From Hyaloraphidium curvatum SAG 235-1 (taxonomy: Eukaryota; Fungi; Monoblepharomycota), in contig JAIVFI010000011.1 of assembly GCA_025558095.1 (NCBI GenBank), positions 744,001-808,000 on the forward strand: DNA of 64,000 nucleotides, read 5' to 3'. The translations under genes were made by a program, and so were the position numbers. Below the pieces are notes generated by a model, which was not told where the DNA came from, made no database searches, and was given only the letters and a program-made list of their open reading frames with translations. This document shows, in pieces, positions 1 to 10,923 of this stretch (positions are counted from its first letter, which is position 1; each line of letters starts with the position of its first letter).

Positions 1-685
1 TCTGGAGCACGAGCTGCGGTATCGGAATGCCGACGAACCTGGTCCGCTTTGCCGGGGTGTCCAGCGACGGCTGCTTGGCGTGGAGGAGGTCCTTCCAGTC
101 GTCGGCCAGCACGGTCCGGGCGGCGGCGTCCAGGAGCAGCACGTCGTCCGCCAGGCGATGCCGCACCGGCCTCGCCTTCGTCAACCGCTGCAAAATGGTC
201 CAGACAGGCAGGACCTGCCTCTTGAAGGCGGCGTCGAAGGTCTCGGTGGCCTTTGCCATCGCTGCCGGTAAAGGCGAGCCCAAGCCGGCCCCCGAAGGCT
301 CGTAGGCACCCCAGCGTTCGCGGATCGCGGCATCCGCAAAAGGCATCGCGATCCGCCTGATGACGGGATACAGGGAGGGGAGGAGCTCGAGGCAGAGGGC
401 GCAGTACTGCTCGACCTCCATCGGTTCGGCCGGAACGCGTCCCTTGGGGAAGAACGTCGCCAACCCCTCGCGGCTGCGGACCGTGCGGTCCGAGAGCGCG
501 AGCAGCTGCAGCATCACGATGCCGAGCGGGAGGTCCAGCGCCATCTGCAGCGGCATCGGCGCGGGGGCGGGCGGGCCGGCGGCAAGGCGTTCCAGCGCGC
601 GGAGGGGCTCCTTGCACGCGTCCATGGCGGCGGCCGTCTCGCGGACGAAGCGGGCCGTGTCCATCTCGCTCCAGGAGGGCGCCAT
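1..685 (-). CDS. Hypothetical protein, 3' end runs off the window start
   Basis: Open minus frame from ATG at 685 (MAPSWSEMDTARFVRETAAAMDACKEPL...) with GC3-rich codons and no stop before position 1. No family recognised. Confidence 0.6.
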   Translation of the reverse strand, partial: MAPSWSEMDTARFVRETAAAMDACKEPLRALERLAAGPPAPAPMPLQMALDLPLGIVMLQLLALSDRTVRSREGLATFFPKGRVPAEPMEVEQYCALCLELLPSLYPVIRRIAMPFADAAIRERWGAYEPSGAGLGSPLPAAMAKATETFDAAFKRQVLPVWTILQRLTKARPVRHRLADDVLLLDAAARTVLADDWKDLLHAKQPSLDTPAKRTRFVGIPIPQLVLQ

Positions 686-1002
686 CGCGGGTGGCGGGTC
701 CGATGGAATTGTGGGACCCGATGACGACCCCTACGCGGACTCGAGCTGGATACTCGAACCGTCCTTGAAGTTCTTGAACAGCACCCTCGTCAAGAGCGTT
801 CTCATGACTTAGAACCAAAGGGCCGCGTGATTCATTCCACCTCTGCTAAGCAAAGTCAAGGCTCTATGTTTGGTATAGATGCCCAGGTAGCTATGTGCAC
901 ACTCTTGCAGACCACTCCAGTCTATCTCCTCTTTTCTGTGGTGTAGCTTCTCATGCTACATCGGTTCCGCCTCTTGTCTAGCTTCTTGCGCTTGCGTCAG
1001 AT

Positions 1003-2256
1003 CTACATCTTCGCCTTTTTAGTCGCCGGGGCGTTCATGACCGCCGACGGCCTCGGGAAAGCAATCTGCCTGCTCGAAGAGTCGGGATTCCGAGCGATTC
1101 CGGAGCCACCAAGACACCCACCTCCCCACGGCCACCAGCTTCCCGTCTGCCCTCCACAGCGTGATCTCATACTCCGCCACGTCCCGCTCCAGCACCGTCA
1201 TCTGCGCTCTTGTCCGCAGCCACGAGTCCGAACCGTCGCCCGACGGCGGGCCGTCCCGAACCGGGTTCAGGAAGTGGATCGCCAGGCTGACGGTCGAGTG
1301 GCCGTAGGATGCGGGCCCGGAGGCGATGCCGCCGGACATGAGGAAGGCGCCGTACTGCCGCAACCCGGGTTAGCGCACCCCGGAGCGAAGGAATGAACGC
1401 CCAGCATGACGCACGTTGAACGATTGTGGCGCGTCGCAAAGGAACAGCGCGTGCACGTTCTCCGCCGGCCCCGCAACAACCTCCTTCCTCATCCGGATCC
1501 AGAAGTCCGTCCCGTCCGCGAGGTCCATCCAAGCGTCCACGTCACCGTCCCGCGCACCGTCCCCGCCATTCGCCTTCCGCGAGCGGATCAGCGACCACGC
1601 TTCGGCAACGCCGGGGGAGGGGTGGGTGTAGGCGTACTCGAGGTTCGCAAGGTACGGAGGTTTCTTCCAACCCGTGCCGTCGAGGAGGTCCTGGGGGGTG
1701 GGGTTCGAGGTGATGGTCGACGGCGTCGGCGCGGGTTTGGAAGGGCGGCGGTAGCGCGAGGTCGACGCGCTGATGTGCAGCGGCTGGTCGTGGGTGGCGA
1801 GGTCGCAGAAGGTGCCCTGGACGACGAGGAGGCACTTGGGTTCCGAAGGTTTGGAGGGCCTGCCGAGGGAGAACAGCTGGGGAGCCGTGCAATGAGCTCC
1901 TCCGCGGCAAGCATTCCGAACCAATCGCCGCAGCCCACTTCGCATCCCGCCACACAGGTCCGCTTGCCCTTCTTGACCACCCGCACGACCGCCTCCAGCG
2001 TCTCCCCGGCCAACGCGCTCGCCACGAAGTGGGCGTGCAGCGTCAGCGCGTCCGGGTACTGCCGTCCGATGTGCTGCAGGATCGCCCGGGCGGCCACGGT
2101 GAGATAGTAGCCGCCGTTGGCGATTCCGTCGGGGAAGAGGGTGAACTGGTTCGAGCAGACGATCCGGTAGCGGTCCGGCGAGGTCGAGGATCCCGGTGGC
2201 GAAACCGGGGTCGGCAGCGTCGCGGCATCGAAGGCGTCCTTTGCGGGCGCCGCCAT
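1003..2256 (-). CDS. Acyl-CoA thioesterase-like double hot-dog protein, probably peroxisomal; 3 introns
   Basis: Motifs IANGGYYL, TLHAHFV, VRVVKKGKR, STVSLAIHF, EITLW..DGKLVAVGRQ. Splicing three GT..AG introns gives a C-terminus ...KKAKM* (PTS1-like). Confidence 0.8.
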
Positions 2257-2494
2257 GTCCGGTCTTCAAAAGCAAAAGAATCCCGACCAGCAGACTTTGA
2301 CCAGCAACAGAAGCTTTGGGAGACGCCGTGCCTTGCCGACTCTCCGCAGCCTTCTGAGACGCGTCCATTTCGCGAACCAATCCGGGGGCCTGGGCCGTCA
2401 CGGTCCAGCTGCAAATCGCGCCTCAGTCGTACCGATCTTCGGCCGTTGCTGGTTTCCGGGAGGAGGAGGAGTTGTAGAGGGGCGGAAGGGGGAA

Positions 2495-3928
2495 ATGGCG
2501 CCTGATTTCCACTGGCACGGGCCGCGCGGCGTTCTGCGCGTTGCAGCACCGCTGCTTGTCGTTATTCTGGCCGCCGCGATCGTCATCGGGCCATTCAATG
2601 GCAGCGGACTCGGGACGAACCGTGGGCCGCGGAAGGACGGCCCGCCGCAGCGCAGCTTCCGGACACCACGGCGCCTCCGCGTCTTTTCCTGGGTCGACCG
2701 GATCAACAGCGCGGCCGACCCCTCGGCGGACATCTGCAGCGTCCTCAAGGGCTGGGTGGCGAACAACGTCCACGGCACGCTCATCTGGGGATCGCTGCCG
2801 CACGTGCCGCCGCCGGTGCCGATGCCCGACGACGCGCTGATCCACCAGGGGGACGGGAAGCCGCCCAAGCACGGGGCCATTTTCCAGACGACCATGGGCA
2901 AATGGGTCCACACGCTGCCCTGGGTGGCACGGCAGTCGCGGCGGGACCTCCTCATGTTCGTGGACGCGTTCGACGCCTACTTCCAGTTGGGACCGGACGA
3001 GATTCTGCGGCGGTACGCGGTGGCGGCGCGAGAGGAGAGGCGGAAGGACGTGCTGATCATGAGCGCTGAGGCGTGGTGCTCGCCCTGGTTCTCGTGGGGC
3101 CCGTGGGCCGCGCAGAAGAGCAAACTGGGCAAGGCGCACGAGTTGTGCCAGGGCTACAAGCCCGCCATGTTCCCATACGATGTGCAGGCGGAAGTGGAGG
3201 ACGCGAGGCGGGTTGGTGCCGGCCCGGAGTATCCCTCGCTGCCTCCTCCGGCGCCGGCGACCCCGCAGCCCCTGCTGGCCCGGTTCCTCAACACCGGCGC
3301 CCTGGCTGGCCCCGCATCGGCCCTCCTCCGTTTCTACGCCATGATGATTTATCTTGTTCCCTACAGGGACTACGTTGGCACGGCATTCGGTGACTACCTG
3401 GATGACCAGGCTCTCGCCAGCTGGCTGGTTTTGAACTCGACAGTTTACAACCTCGGGGCGCGTCTCGACCGCGCCTCCCGGCTCGCCTACAGCGCGCACG
3501 ACGTCTGGGACAAGGAGATGGAATCGGTCCCCGCCGGCGACCCCGATCCCGTCGAACCCCGCCGCTTCTGGCGCCACAAAGCCACCGGCTCCGTCCCGGC
3601 GCTGGTGCACTTCAACGGCGACGGCAAGCACGCGGACCGCCTCTTCCGCGCGGCCTCGGGATTTTGGTGGTTCAACGCGACGCCGGACGACGTGGCCGAG
3701 GCGCGGGAGCGCGGCACGCGGTGGTGGAAGGGATCGGTGCGGGTCGAGGGGCATGGCAAGAAGCGGCTGGCGGACATCTGCCCGGACGTGTGGGACCTGG
3801 CGGACGCGAACCTGCGGGGGAGGCTGGACGAGGAGGGGCAGGGGGATGGGTGGTTCGGGGAGCTCGAGGACCTGGAGGGGCCGAAAGAGTTTGATGTTGA
3901 GGCCGTGGTGAAGATCGAAGAGGGCTGA
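2495..3928 (+). CDS. Type II membrane glycosyltransferase, PLOD/lysyl-hydroxylase GT-domain-like
   Basis: N-terminal TM (LLVVILAAAIVIG); motifs LLMFVDAFD, MSAEAWCSP, RFLNTG, DDQAL, LDRASRL, PALVHFNG. Intronless. Confidence 0.75.
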   Translation: MAPDFHWHGPRGVLRVAAPLLVVILAAAIVIGPFNGSGLGTNRGPRKDGPPQRSFRTPRRLRVFSWVDRINSAADPSADICSVLKGWVANNVHGTLIWGSLPHVPPPVPMPDDALIHQGDGKPPKHGAIFQTTMGKWVHTLPWVARQSRRDLLMFVDAFDAYFQLGPDEILRRYAVAAREERRKDVLIMSAEAWCSPWFSWGPWAAQKSKLGKAHELCQGYKPAMFPYDVQAEVEDARRVGAGPEYPSLPPPAPATPQPLLARFLNTGALAGPASALLRFYAMMIYLVPYRDYVGTAFGDYLDDQALASWLVLNSTVYNLGARLDRASRLAYSAHDVWDKEMESVPAGDPDPVEPRRFWRHKATGSVPALVHFNGDGKHADRLFRAASGFWWFNATPDDVAEARERGTRWWKGSVRVEGHGKKRLADICPDVWDLADANLRGRLDEEGQGDGWFGELEDLEGPKEFDVEAVVKIEEG

Positions 3929-4006
3929 GGGGAGCTACATGGCATGGTATTGTCTGCTTCTGTGCATTTACAGCATATTCGTCGACTCGGCGCCCCAATC
4001 TGATTG

Positions 4007-5194
4007 CTACTCCTCTTGGTCCCCTGTGCCCGGCACCGCGACCGCGGCAGCTAGTGCCTCCTCCCATCCCTCTTCGTCCCCGTCGACCTCAACCACAACC
4101 GGGACGCCACCTGGCTGCTCCTGCCCCGCATTCTCCGCCTCGCTATCCGAATCGTCGGCCCACGCCGGCCCGGCGGCGCCCGGACCGCCCCAACCGGGCA
4201 GCTCTTCCTCCTCCACGAACGGAACCAGCATCCCACGGTGCTCCCGCATCACGTCTGCGACCTCGGGCCCGGGTCCGTCGGAAGCCAGAGCGTACCTCCA
4301 CCACGGCCCGCCCTTGGGCTCCACCTCGAGCCCCGACCCGAGGCGCAGCCAGTGCCTGGTCGTCGACCCAGGCTCGTCGAAACCCCGCGCCGGCCGTCCG
4401 AACAGCGTCAGCATCGCCGACAGCACGCGGGCTTCGCCGTGCGCGGCGAGGAGCAGCAACATGCGGGGGTAGAGCGCCTTGCCGGCCACAGCGGAGGGCG
4501 TCGGGAATGCGTCGAGGTGGCCCTCAACGAGGGCTGCGCGGTCGTACTTTTGGGCGCCGTCGCGGGCTGCGCTCGGGAGCGGGCCATCGAAGAGCCAGAC
4601 CAGCGTCCAGGTGCGGTCCAGGTGCAGGAAGATGCTGCGGGCACGGGGGGAGTCGCCTTCCGCGCCAGCAGGGGCGCCGTCCTCGGGCATCGAGTCCGCG
4701 CGGCAGAGGTAGTACAACCCCGCCCACGCATGCACGGCCAGTTTCTCACGGACGACGGGGGAGAGGTGCGTGGAGGAAAGGTACTCGTCCGTTGGTGCGG
4801 AGCGAGGATCGGGGAGCGATGCGGCGAACGAGGCTCCCTCGGGCACGTCGAGGCCGTAACGCCGGAAGAGCTTGCGGAAGGCGTTCCACTCGGCCGTCCT
4901 CGGGATCGATCCCGGCTTCAAATGCGGCGCGATGCCGAGCGCCCACGCGAGGAATTCGATGCGGGCGTCGGCCTCTCCCGGATTGAGAGCCGCGCCGTAG
5001 GCGGCCGACCTCCGCAGCCAGCCGCGAAAGTCCCCCGCAACTTCGCCCGCGGTCTCCCTGCAGACGGCACACAGAGTCCACAGGGCGCTGGCCGGCAGGT
5101 GCAGCAGGATCGATTGCATCGCGTGTGTCCCGAAGACGCGTTGGAGACCTGGGGCGGCGTCCGGACGGGTGTCGTTCGCGCCGGTACCGGCCAT
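4007..5194 (-). CDS. Hypothetical protein with F-box-like N-terminus and acidic C-terminus
   Basis: Long ORF with ILLHLPASALWTLCAVCRE, which resembles an F-box. Confidence 0.6.
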   Translation of the reverse strand: MAGTGANDTRPDAAPGLQRVFGTHAMQSILLHLPASALWTLCAVCRETAGEVAGDFRGWLRRSAAYGAALNPGEADARIEFLAWALGIAPHLKPGSIPRTAEWNAFRKLFRRYGLDVPEGASFAASLPDPRSAPTDEYLSSTHLSPVVREKLAVHAWAGLYYLCRADSMPEDGAPAGAEGDSPRARSIFLHLDRTWTLVWLFDGPLPSAARDGAQKYDRAALVEGHLDAFPTPSAVAGKALYPRMLLLLAAHGEARVLSAMLTLFGRPARGFDEPGSTTRHWLRLGSGLEVEPKGGPWWRYALASDGPGPEVADVMREHRGMLVPFVEEEELPGWGGPGAAGPAWADDSDSEAENAGQEQPGGVPVVVEVDGDEEGWEEALAAAVAVPGTGDQEE

Positions 5195-5574
5195 TGCGGA
5201 TCGTGGCAAACGTTGGAGGAAAAATGGAAAGTTTCAAGAGGGTCGCACGGTTGCTGCTGACGCGTGACGTGACTGAAGACGTTCGTTGCGTAGCGGCGTT
5301 TGAGAGGTCGCAGACTTCGCATGAGCGTTCGCTGATGAGGCTGCAACGGAATGAATTCGAGATCCGCACGAAACATATTGGCCTAGCTGAGCTGTCTCTT
5401 CGCCTATCCCGATCGGGCTATTCCGATTCGTGCGGCTCCCAGCTAGTCCGGAATGAAGGAATTGCTAACTCCACCATTCTCCACGTTTCAAACAGACTTC
5501 GCCCATATGTTACATTGAACGTGCATGGCTTCACCCAGAAGACTGTTCCCAACGCCCGAGCCTGAGAGCCCCCG

Positions 5575-7295
5575 TCACGGCTCCCACGCGACGGTCCCGA
5601 CCCGCAGCCGCGGAAGGCGCCCGCGCACGACGTCGGCGACTGCCTCGGCCACCTCTGCCTCCTCCAGTTGCTGCAGGCTGGCCAGCGCATCCGCGATCTC
5701 GACGCCGTCCCCGTTGCCCATGTCGAGCCGCAGCCTCGCCCACCGCAGCTCCGCGAACCTGCGCACACCCTGCAACACCCCGGCGGCCGAGTCGAGCTCG
5801 AGGTCAAGATGCTCCAGATCCCGGGGGAGGGCGTCGAGGATGGCACGGATGCGGACGCCGTGGCCTGTGGGGCGCGAGAGGCGGAAGGCGCGGAGCTGCG
5901 TGCAGGCGGCGATGGCTTGTGATGTCGCGGGCTGCGCGTAGGGAGCAGTGCTCAGCAGCAGACAGGGAAAGCTCGACGCAACTTGCTCACCGTCAGAGTG
6001 CACTCGGTCAGAGATAGACCCTCAAGGTGCAACTGCGGAAGCAGCTGCGCAAAGGCCGCCCCCGTGGGACCGGTGCTGAGGTCGAACTTGTGTAGCTCGA
6101 GCACCTTGAGCGTCTGCCGTCCGGCTGCGGCCATCCGGAGCCACGCCGACCGGTCTTCCGACGCAGTGAGACCCCCGGGCTCGCGAAGCACGAGGCACCG
6201 AAGGTGCCCGTTGCCTGCGACCTTCTGCTCGAACCCCGCCACGGCGCCGTCGCTTGCCTCCGGGAGCACCCATGCAAAGTCAGCCACGCGGCGGCACTTG
6301 CTAAAGAAGAACTGGATGAAACGGGGCCGCGCCAAACAGTGCATGCGGATGTCGATGCGGCGCAGCCATTCAATGCCGTTCAATCCGTCGGGCACGTGGC
6401 GCCCGATCGAGCTGATGAGGCCGCTGGTGAGGACATTGCCCATCACGGCATCTTCCCCAAGGACGACCGAGGTGAGGCGGTTCCAGGAGCTCGACGCAAA
6501 GAGTCCGGCGAGAGAATCCGAGGAAGTGGCGCAGCCTTGGAGGTGCACGCGCTGCTGTGCCGGGAAGGGGCCGCGGCGGATGCGGGTGGCGCGCTCGACG
6601 ATGCGCTGGGCGACCGGTACCGGGGCGCGGAAGTGCCGGCCGAGCTGCCCGATGACGGTCAGGTCGGCGAGGTTGCGCATGCCGGTGACGGTCTCCGCGA
6701 AGCGGTCCAGCAGCTCGACGATCCTGTGGTGCAGCTGGACCTGGCTGCCCCGCGCCAGGTCGGACGGGTCCTGCCCGCCGCGCAGGTTGACGCGGCGCAC
6801 AGCGGCGCCGTACCGGTCACGGAACCTGGAGCTTTCCAGCGCGCGGACGATGCGCCCGAAGCTGGGCTGAGGGAAGGCGACGGTGTGCCACAGGTGCGCG
6901 ATGGCGAAGTCGCGGAACGGATTGCCCTGCCCGTGGAGCACGAGGAGTACGGCCAGGATCCTGCGCTGGTCTGCCGTGAGCTCGCCGTCGGGAATGTTCG
7001 GCAGCCCCACGGCAAACGCCGCGATGTTATCGGCGATCTCGGGCGGCATAAGCAATATCGGTGGTGCAGGGCCTGCCGCGGGCCAGACATGTGCATTCAA
7101 GACCACTGCGGGTGCGTTGGCGGCGGCGGCGGCGACGTCGATGATTCTCTGCTGCCATTCGGGCACTTCGGGCAGGGCTTGCGGCACGCTGGGCTCCATA
7201 GTGGGGGGCGGCAGCTCGCGGAACGCCTCCGAAACGGTCATCCCCGGCGGGGCATTATCCACGACGTCCTGCGGTACCGCAACGTCCGGCAGCAT
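5575..7295 (-). CDS. F-box-like/RNI-type leucine-rich-repeat protein; one intron at ~5932-5990; start uncertain
   Basis: LMPPEIADNIAAF (F-box-like) followed by LxxLxL repeats (LKVLELHKF, LEGLSLTEC, LEHLDLEL). A GTGAGC..GCAG intron joins ORFs 5952-7319 and 5575-6003. Confidence 0.65.
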
Positions 7296-7395
7296 TACGA
7301 TGAGGTCCTGCGGCGCCACTGGCTCCTGCGCAACTCACCTCGTCCTGCGGCCCATCGACCTCGTCCTGCGGGGCCGCAGCATCGTCCTGCGGCAC
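7260..7395 (-). repeat. Degenerate ~21-nt tandem repeat with core CCGCAGGAC (PQD peptide repeats)
   Basis: About five to six CCGCAGGAC/GCGCAGGAG cores at roughly 18-24 nt spacing on the minus strand. Confidence 0.55.
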
Positions 7396-7773
7396 GAATG
7401 CAATGATTGATCATTACTCCACGTCCTTCGAAGGTCCGGAGGCGGGATTCGCACCTGCTGAGCCGGCGCGGTGGCGCTCTCCCCGGGACGCCGACCCGCG
7501 CTTCTCTCGCCCTTGGCGGCCGCATCCGGGCCATCGCCCCCCGCGGGTCCGGCATCGCTGAGCAGCGTCGCTTCGGAGTCGAGGCGGTCGGCCATCGGGG
7601 CGGAACTTGGAAGGATGGGGTCGAGTGGCGAAATGGTGTTTGACGTCACGGACGAGACGCGGCCGGACAAGTCTCGACGGCGGTCTGGGACAGGCCAAGC
7701 GTCGGAAAATCCGCCCGGAAACGACACCGTTTGCAACGACGGATCCGATTCATCGTCTGCCGACGCCTGCGGA

Positions 7774-8523
7774 TCACCACCTCCTCCTCGGCACTGCCTC
7801 TGCGCTCCCCCTCCTGTGCGGCGGCGGCGGGTCGCCCCCGATCATGGCCTTGCCGTCCAGCAGCGCCTCGCCCCGCTCCCTCTCCCTCGCTTCCCGCTCC
7901 AACCTCCTCGCCGCCTCCTCCACCTCGTCCCTGTAGGGCGAATAGTACCACGCCTCGAACGGCCCGCCCCACCACTCGACCATGCTCGCGTCCTCCGAAA
8001 ACTCGAACACGTGCGGCCAGTACGGCGGTATCCTCACCAGCTCGTTCGGCCCGACCGCCCTGGTTTCCTCGCGCCCCGTGGCGGGGTCCAGCATCCGCAG
8101 CGACGCGCGGCCGGTGAGGAGCACGTCGTACTGCGGCACCGCGTGCAGGTCCCCCGAGCGGCGGCCGCCGCGGCGGGTGAAGTACAGGTTGACGGTGGTC
8201 CCCCCGCCCTCGGGGGAGCGGGGCTCCTCGCCGGGGGAGGACACGCGGAGCTTCAGGATCCTCCCGCGCGCGTCGGCGTGGGAGAGCACCCCGCCCGGCA
8301 GAAGGGAGGAGGCGTCCATGGCCGGCGGCGGGGCGCGCGAGACCGTCGGCCAGCCCAACACGGAGTCGGGGCCGGCGCGGGGGGCAGCGGGTTGCCGGCG
8401 GAGGGCAAAGACGAGCGCGGCGACGAGCAGCAGGTTCGCGCCGGCGAGCACGCCGAAGAGCACCGGATATGCAGCCGACGGTGCCGCAATATTCGCGGAG
8501 AAGCCGGTCGCGCGGGGTTCCAT
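7774..8523 (-). CDS. Membrane-anchored cupin (RmlC/FdtA/WxcM-like) protein
   Basis: N-terminal TM; HADARGRI, RSGDLH..PQYDVLLTG, VRIPPYWPHVFEF...MVEWW cupin motifs. Confidence 0.65.
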   Translation of the reverse strand: MEPRATGFSANIAAPSAAYPVLFGVLAGANLLLVAALVFALRRQPAAPRAGPDSVLGWPTVSRAPPPAMDASSLLPGGVLSHADARGRILKLRVSSPGEEPRSPEGGGTTVNLYFTRRGGRRSGDLHAVPQYDVLLTGRASLRMLDPATGREETRAVGPNELVRIPPYWPHVFEFSEDASMVEWWGGPFEAWYYSPYRDEVEEAARRLEREARERERGEALLDGKAMIGGDPPPPHRRGSAEAVPRRRW

Positions 8524-8806
8524 TGCTCTCCGCAGGACGCGTCCGTATTTCCTCGCAGTCCGGGAGACGGAGTGCCACCCGACGCCGGCGGATCCGGACC
8601 ACCGACAAATAAGAACGCGTTCTTCTCCGATTTTCGACGCGAAACAGTACTTGCTCGGGGGCCCTTTCTGGTCGCGTCCTTGTGGAGCGGCGGCGATCAC
8701 CTAGCTCGATCGCGGTTGAGACGCAGCGAGTTGAGCCCGCCTGCGGTGTCGTTCTGCCATGATCCGTTGCGATCTCGTCGCCGGCGTATAGTTCTCTGCA
8801 CGAATC

Positions 8807-9448
8807 ATGTCGGTGGTCGACTTTCTCAAGGACCAGGGGCGCGACAGCAGCTTCGGCGCGCGGAAGAAGCTGTTCGAGGCCGAGTTCCCCGAGGCGACGT
8901 ACGGCTTCGGCGCCTACACGGGCACCGAGGACCAGAACCTGGCGCTCCTCGCGCGCCTCAACGGGCAGCCGGCCGCGCTGACGCACCTCGTGGGCAAGGA
9001 CCGGTACTACACGGCCCGCGCGGCCGACTTTTCGAAGCGGAACACGGCCAAAGCCGTCCCCTACTACCTCGACTACGGCGCAAAGTACCAGGCGCGCTTC
9101 CTGGATCTCCGCGCGTCGCTCTCGCCACATGCGCAGGCCTGGCTGGACGCCACGCACGAGGGGCTGCAGCGCGCCATCGAGGACAGGCTCCGCAACGGGG
9201 GGCCGGACGCGTTCGCGGCGCTGGAGCGGGATGCGGAGGCGTTCCGCGCGTTCTGCTTCGAGACCCACGCGGGGTGCTACGTCGATGCGGGGATCTGCGA
9301 ACTGTCGCCGGCGGATTGGGGCAGGATCTTTGTGGTGCCCGACGCCAAGGACCTGTTCACCAAGGACGGCCTGAGGCAGGCGCTCGACGTGGGGCGGCAG
9401 TGCGCCCCCGTCGTCCTGGAGCGCATCAAGCGCCTTTTGTACCAGTGA
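8807..9448 (+). CDS. DUF3597-like domain fused to an alpha-helical Cys/His domain; intronless
   Basis: MSVVDFLKDQGRDSSFGARKKL...YTGTEDQNLALL matches the DUF3597 pattern. C-domain motifs YYLDYGAKY..RF, LSP.AQAWLD, LQ.AIE, AFCFETHAGCYVDAGICEL...DW. Confidence 0.75.
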   Translation: MSVVDFLKDQGRDSSFGARKKLFEAEFPEATYGFGAYTGTEDQNLALLARLNGQPAALTHLVGKDRYYTARAADFSKRNTAKAVPYYLDYGAKYQARFLDLRASLSPHAQAWLDATHEGLQRAIEDRLRNGGPDAFAALERDAEAFRAFCFETHAGCYVDAGICELSPADWGRIFVVPDAKDLFTKDGLRQALDVGRQCAPVVLERIKRLLYQ

Positions 9449-9518
9449 GCCTCGAGGTGCGATGGTGCGAGATGCTTTAGATATGACGTAAATGCCGTGA
9501 CAGGTGTATTTGCATGTG

Positions 9519-10575
9519 CTAAGATATCTTGAGCGCCAACTTCCCGAGGTGGTGCCTGGCCAGCGCCTTGTGCGCCCCCGCCGCCCCCTCCAGCGGAAAC
9601 ACCTGCGAAATCCTGACCTTGAGCCCTTCGCCCTTTTCGATCAGCGCGTTGACCCGCGCCAGCAACCCCGGCTCGATCCCCGCGTCGAACGCCTCCCCGC
9701 ACACCCCCTTCCGCGGCTCCGGCGGCTCCTCCACGCCGTTAGGCCACGCGATCCTGCCCCCCTCGCGCACGACCGCGGCGGTCTTCTGCGCCGCGGGGCC
9801 GCCGGCGGCGTACAGCGCGGCGTCGACGCCCCCCGGCGCGAACGCGTGTATCGCGGCTGGGAGGTCGACGTCGCGCTTGCGGCCGTCGATCGCGGCGTCG
9901 GCGCCGAGATCGAGGGATAGGGCGACGCCGTCGGGGCCCGAGGCGACGGCGAGGACGCGGGCGCCGAGGAGCTTGGCGAACTGCACGGCGAGGTGGCCGA
10001 GGCCGCCCGAGGCGCCGAAGACGAGGAGCGACTGATCGGAGGGAGGCCACACGAATAAGGACCAGCCGACCCCCGCGTCCAGCGCCGCTTGTCCGTACCT
10101 CCCCCGGCTTGATCTTGAGCACGTCCTCCAGCGCCCGCACGGCGGTCGACGCGTCCCCCCCGATCACCCCCGCCTCTTCGAGCGACATCCCCTCCGGCAC
10201 ACTGGCGACGCACCCGACCGGCACGGCGGCATACTCGGCGTACATCCCCCCCTTCGCGTTCAGCAGGCTCGCCACGTACACCTCGTTCCCCACCGTGAAC
10301 CCCTCCGCCCCCTCCCCGACCTTGACCACCCTCCCGGCGCCCTCGGACCCCAGCACGAGCGGGAACCCCTGCTCGCGCCCGTGCACGGCGCGGAACAGCC
10401 CGGCGAAGCGGCCTTCGCGCTCGTCGGGGTCCCATGCGGCGACGCCGGCGCTCGACAGGCGGACGAGGAGCTCGCCGGGGCCGGGGGTGGGGACGGGGAG
10501 CGAGGCGGGATGCAGGGCTTCCGGGCCGCCGTACGAGGAGATGGCGGCGGCGAGCATGGTTTCGGGGATTTCCAT
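9519..10575 (-). CDS. MDR-family NADPH:quinone oxidoreductase-like enzyme; intron 10032-10098
   Basis: YGGPEAL, PGPGELLVR, FPLVLGSEGAG, GMYAEY, LVFGASGGLGHLAVQFAK, FPLEGAAGAH...HHLGKLAL. Confidence 0.9.
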
Positions 10576-10630
10576 CGCGGGGTTGGTGCTGGGCGGTGAC
10601 GCGTTCGCCGAGGACCCAATGATCGGTGCC

Positions 10631-10663
10631 ACGTCACGGTGAGTGTGGAAGGCAGCTGGACAG
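10631..10663 (+). repeat. Flanking direct repeat, copy 1 (33 bp ACGTCACGGTGAGTGTGGAAGGCAGCTGGACAG)
   Basis: Same sequence occurs at 16516-16550 and 16551-16586. Confidence 0.9.
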
Positions 10664-10901
10664 GATCCGGGGGATCTCGGCGCGGCACGGGGCGACGTGC
10701 GCTCGGGGGGTCTGGAGTGGCTCGCGTCGGGAACGTCTGATTGTACCGACCAACGGTGGGGAGTCTATTCGAGGGACAGGCATCCTTATATCCTGCTTTG
10801 CCACTGTGCGTCCTGCTCCGCCACGATGACGTCCCAATGACTCCTGAGTGTACCCGGTCCCAACCCATCCCAGCAATCGGAGCAAGGGCGTATCCGTAAC
10901 A
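10664..10901 (-). repeat. 3' LTR (starts TGTTACG on the minus strand; last ~22 nt missing)
   Basis: 10664-10891 is identical to 16291-16518 by eye. Follows the PPT. TATAA on the minus strand at 10786-10790. Confidence 0.93.
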
Positions 10902-10910
10902 CCCCCCCTC
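10902..10910 (-). other. Polypurine tract (GAGGGGGGG)
   Basis: Immediately precedes the TG start of the 3' LTR on the minus strand. Confidence 0.85.
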
Positions 10911-10923
10911 GGCCGCAGCTCCG

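Noticed and set aside
7471-9480. Long Arg/Pro/Gly-rich overlapping ORFs (e.g. 669 aa here and 747 aa at 55235-57478)
   Set aside because: These are shadow frames of real genes in high-GC DNA, with no motifs.
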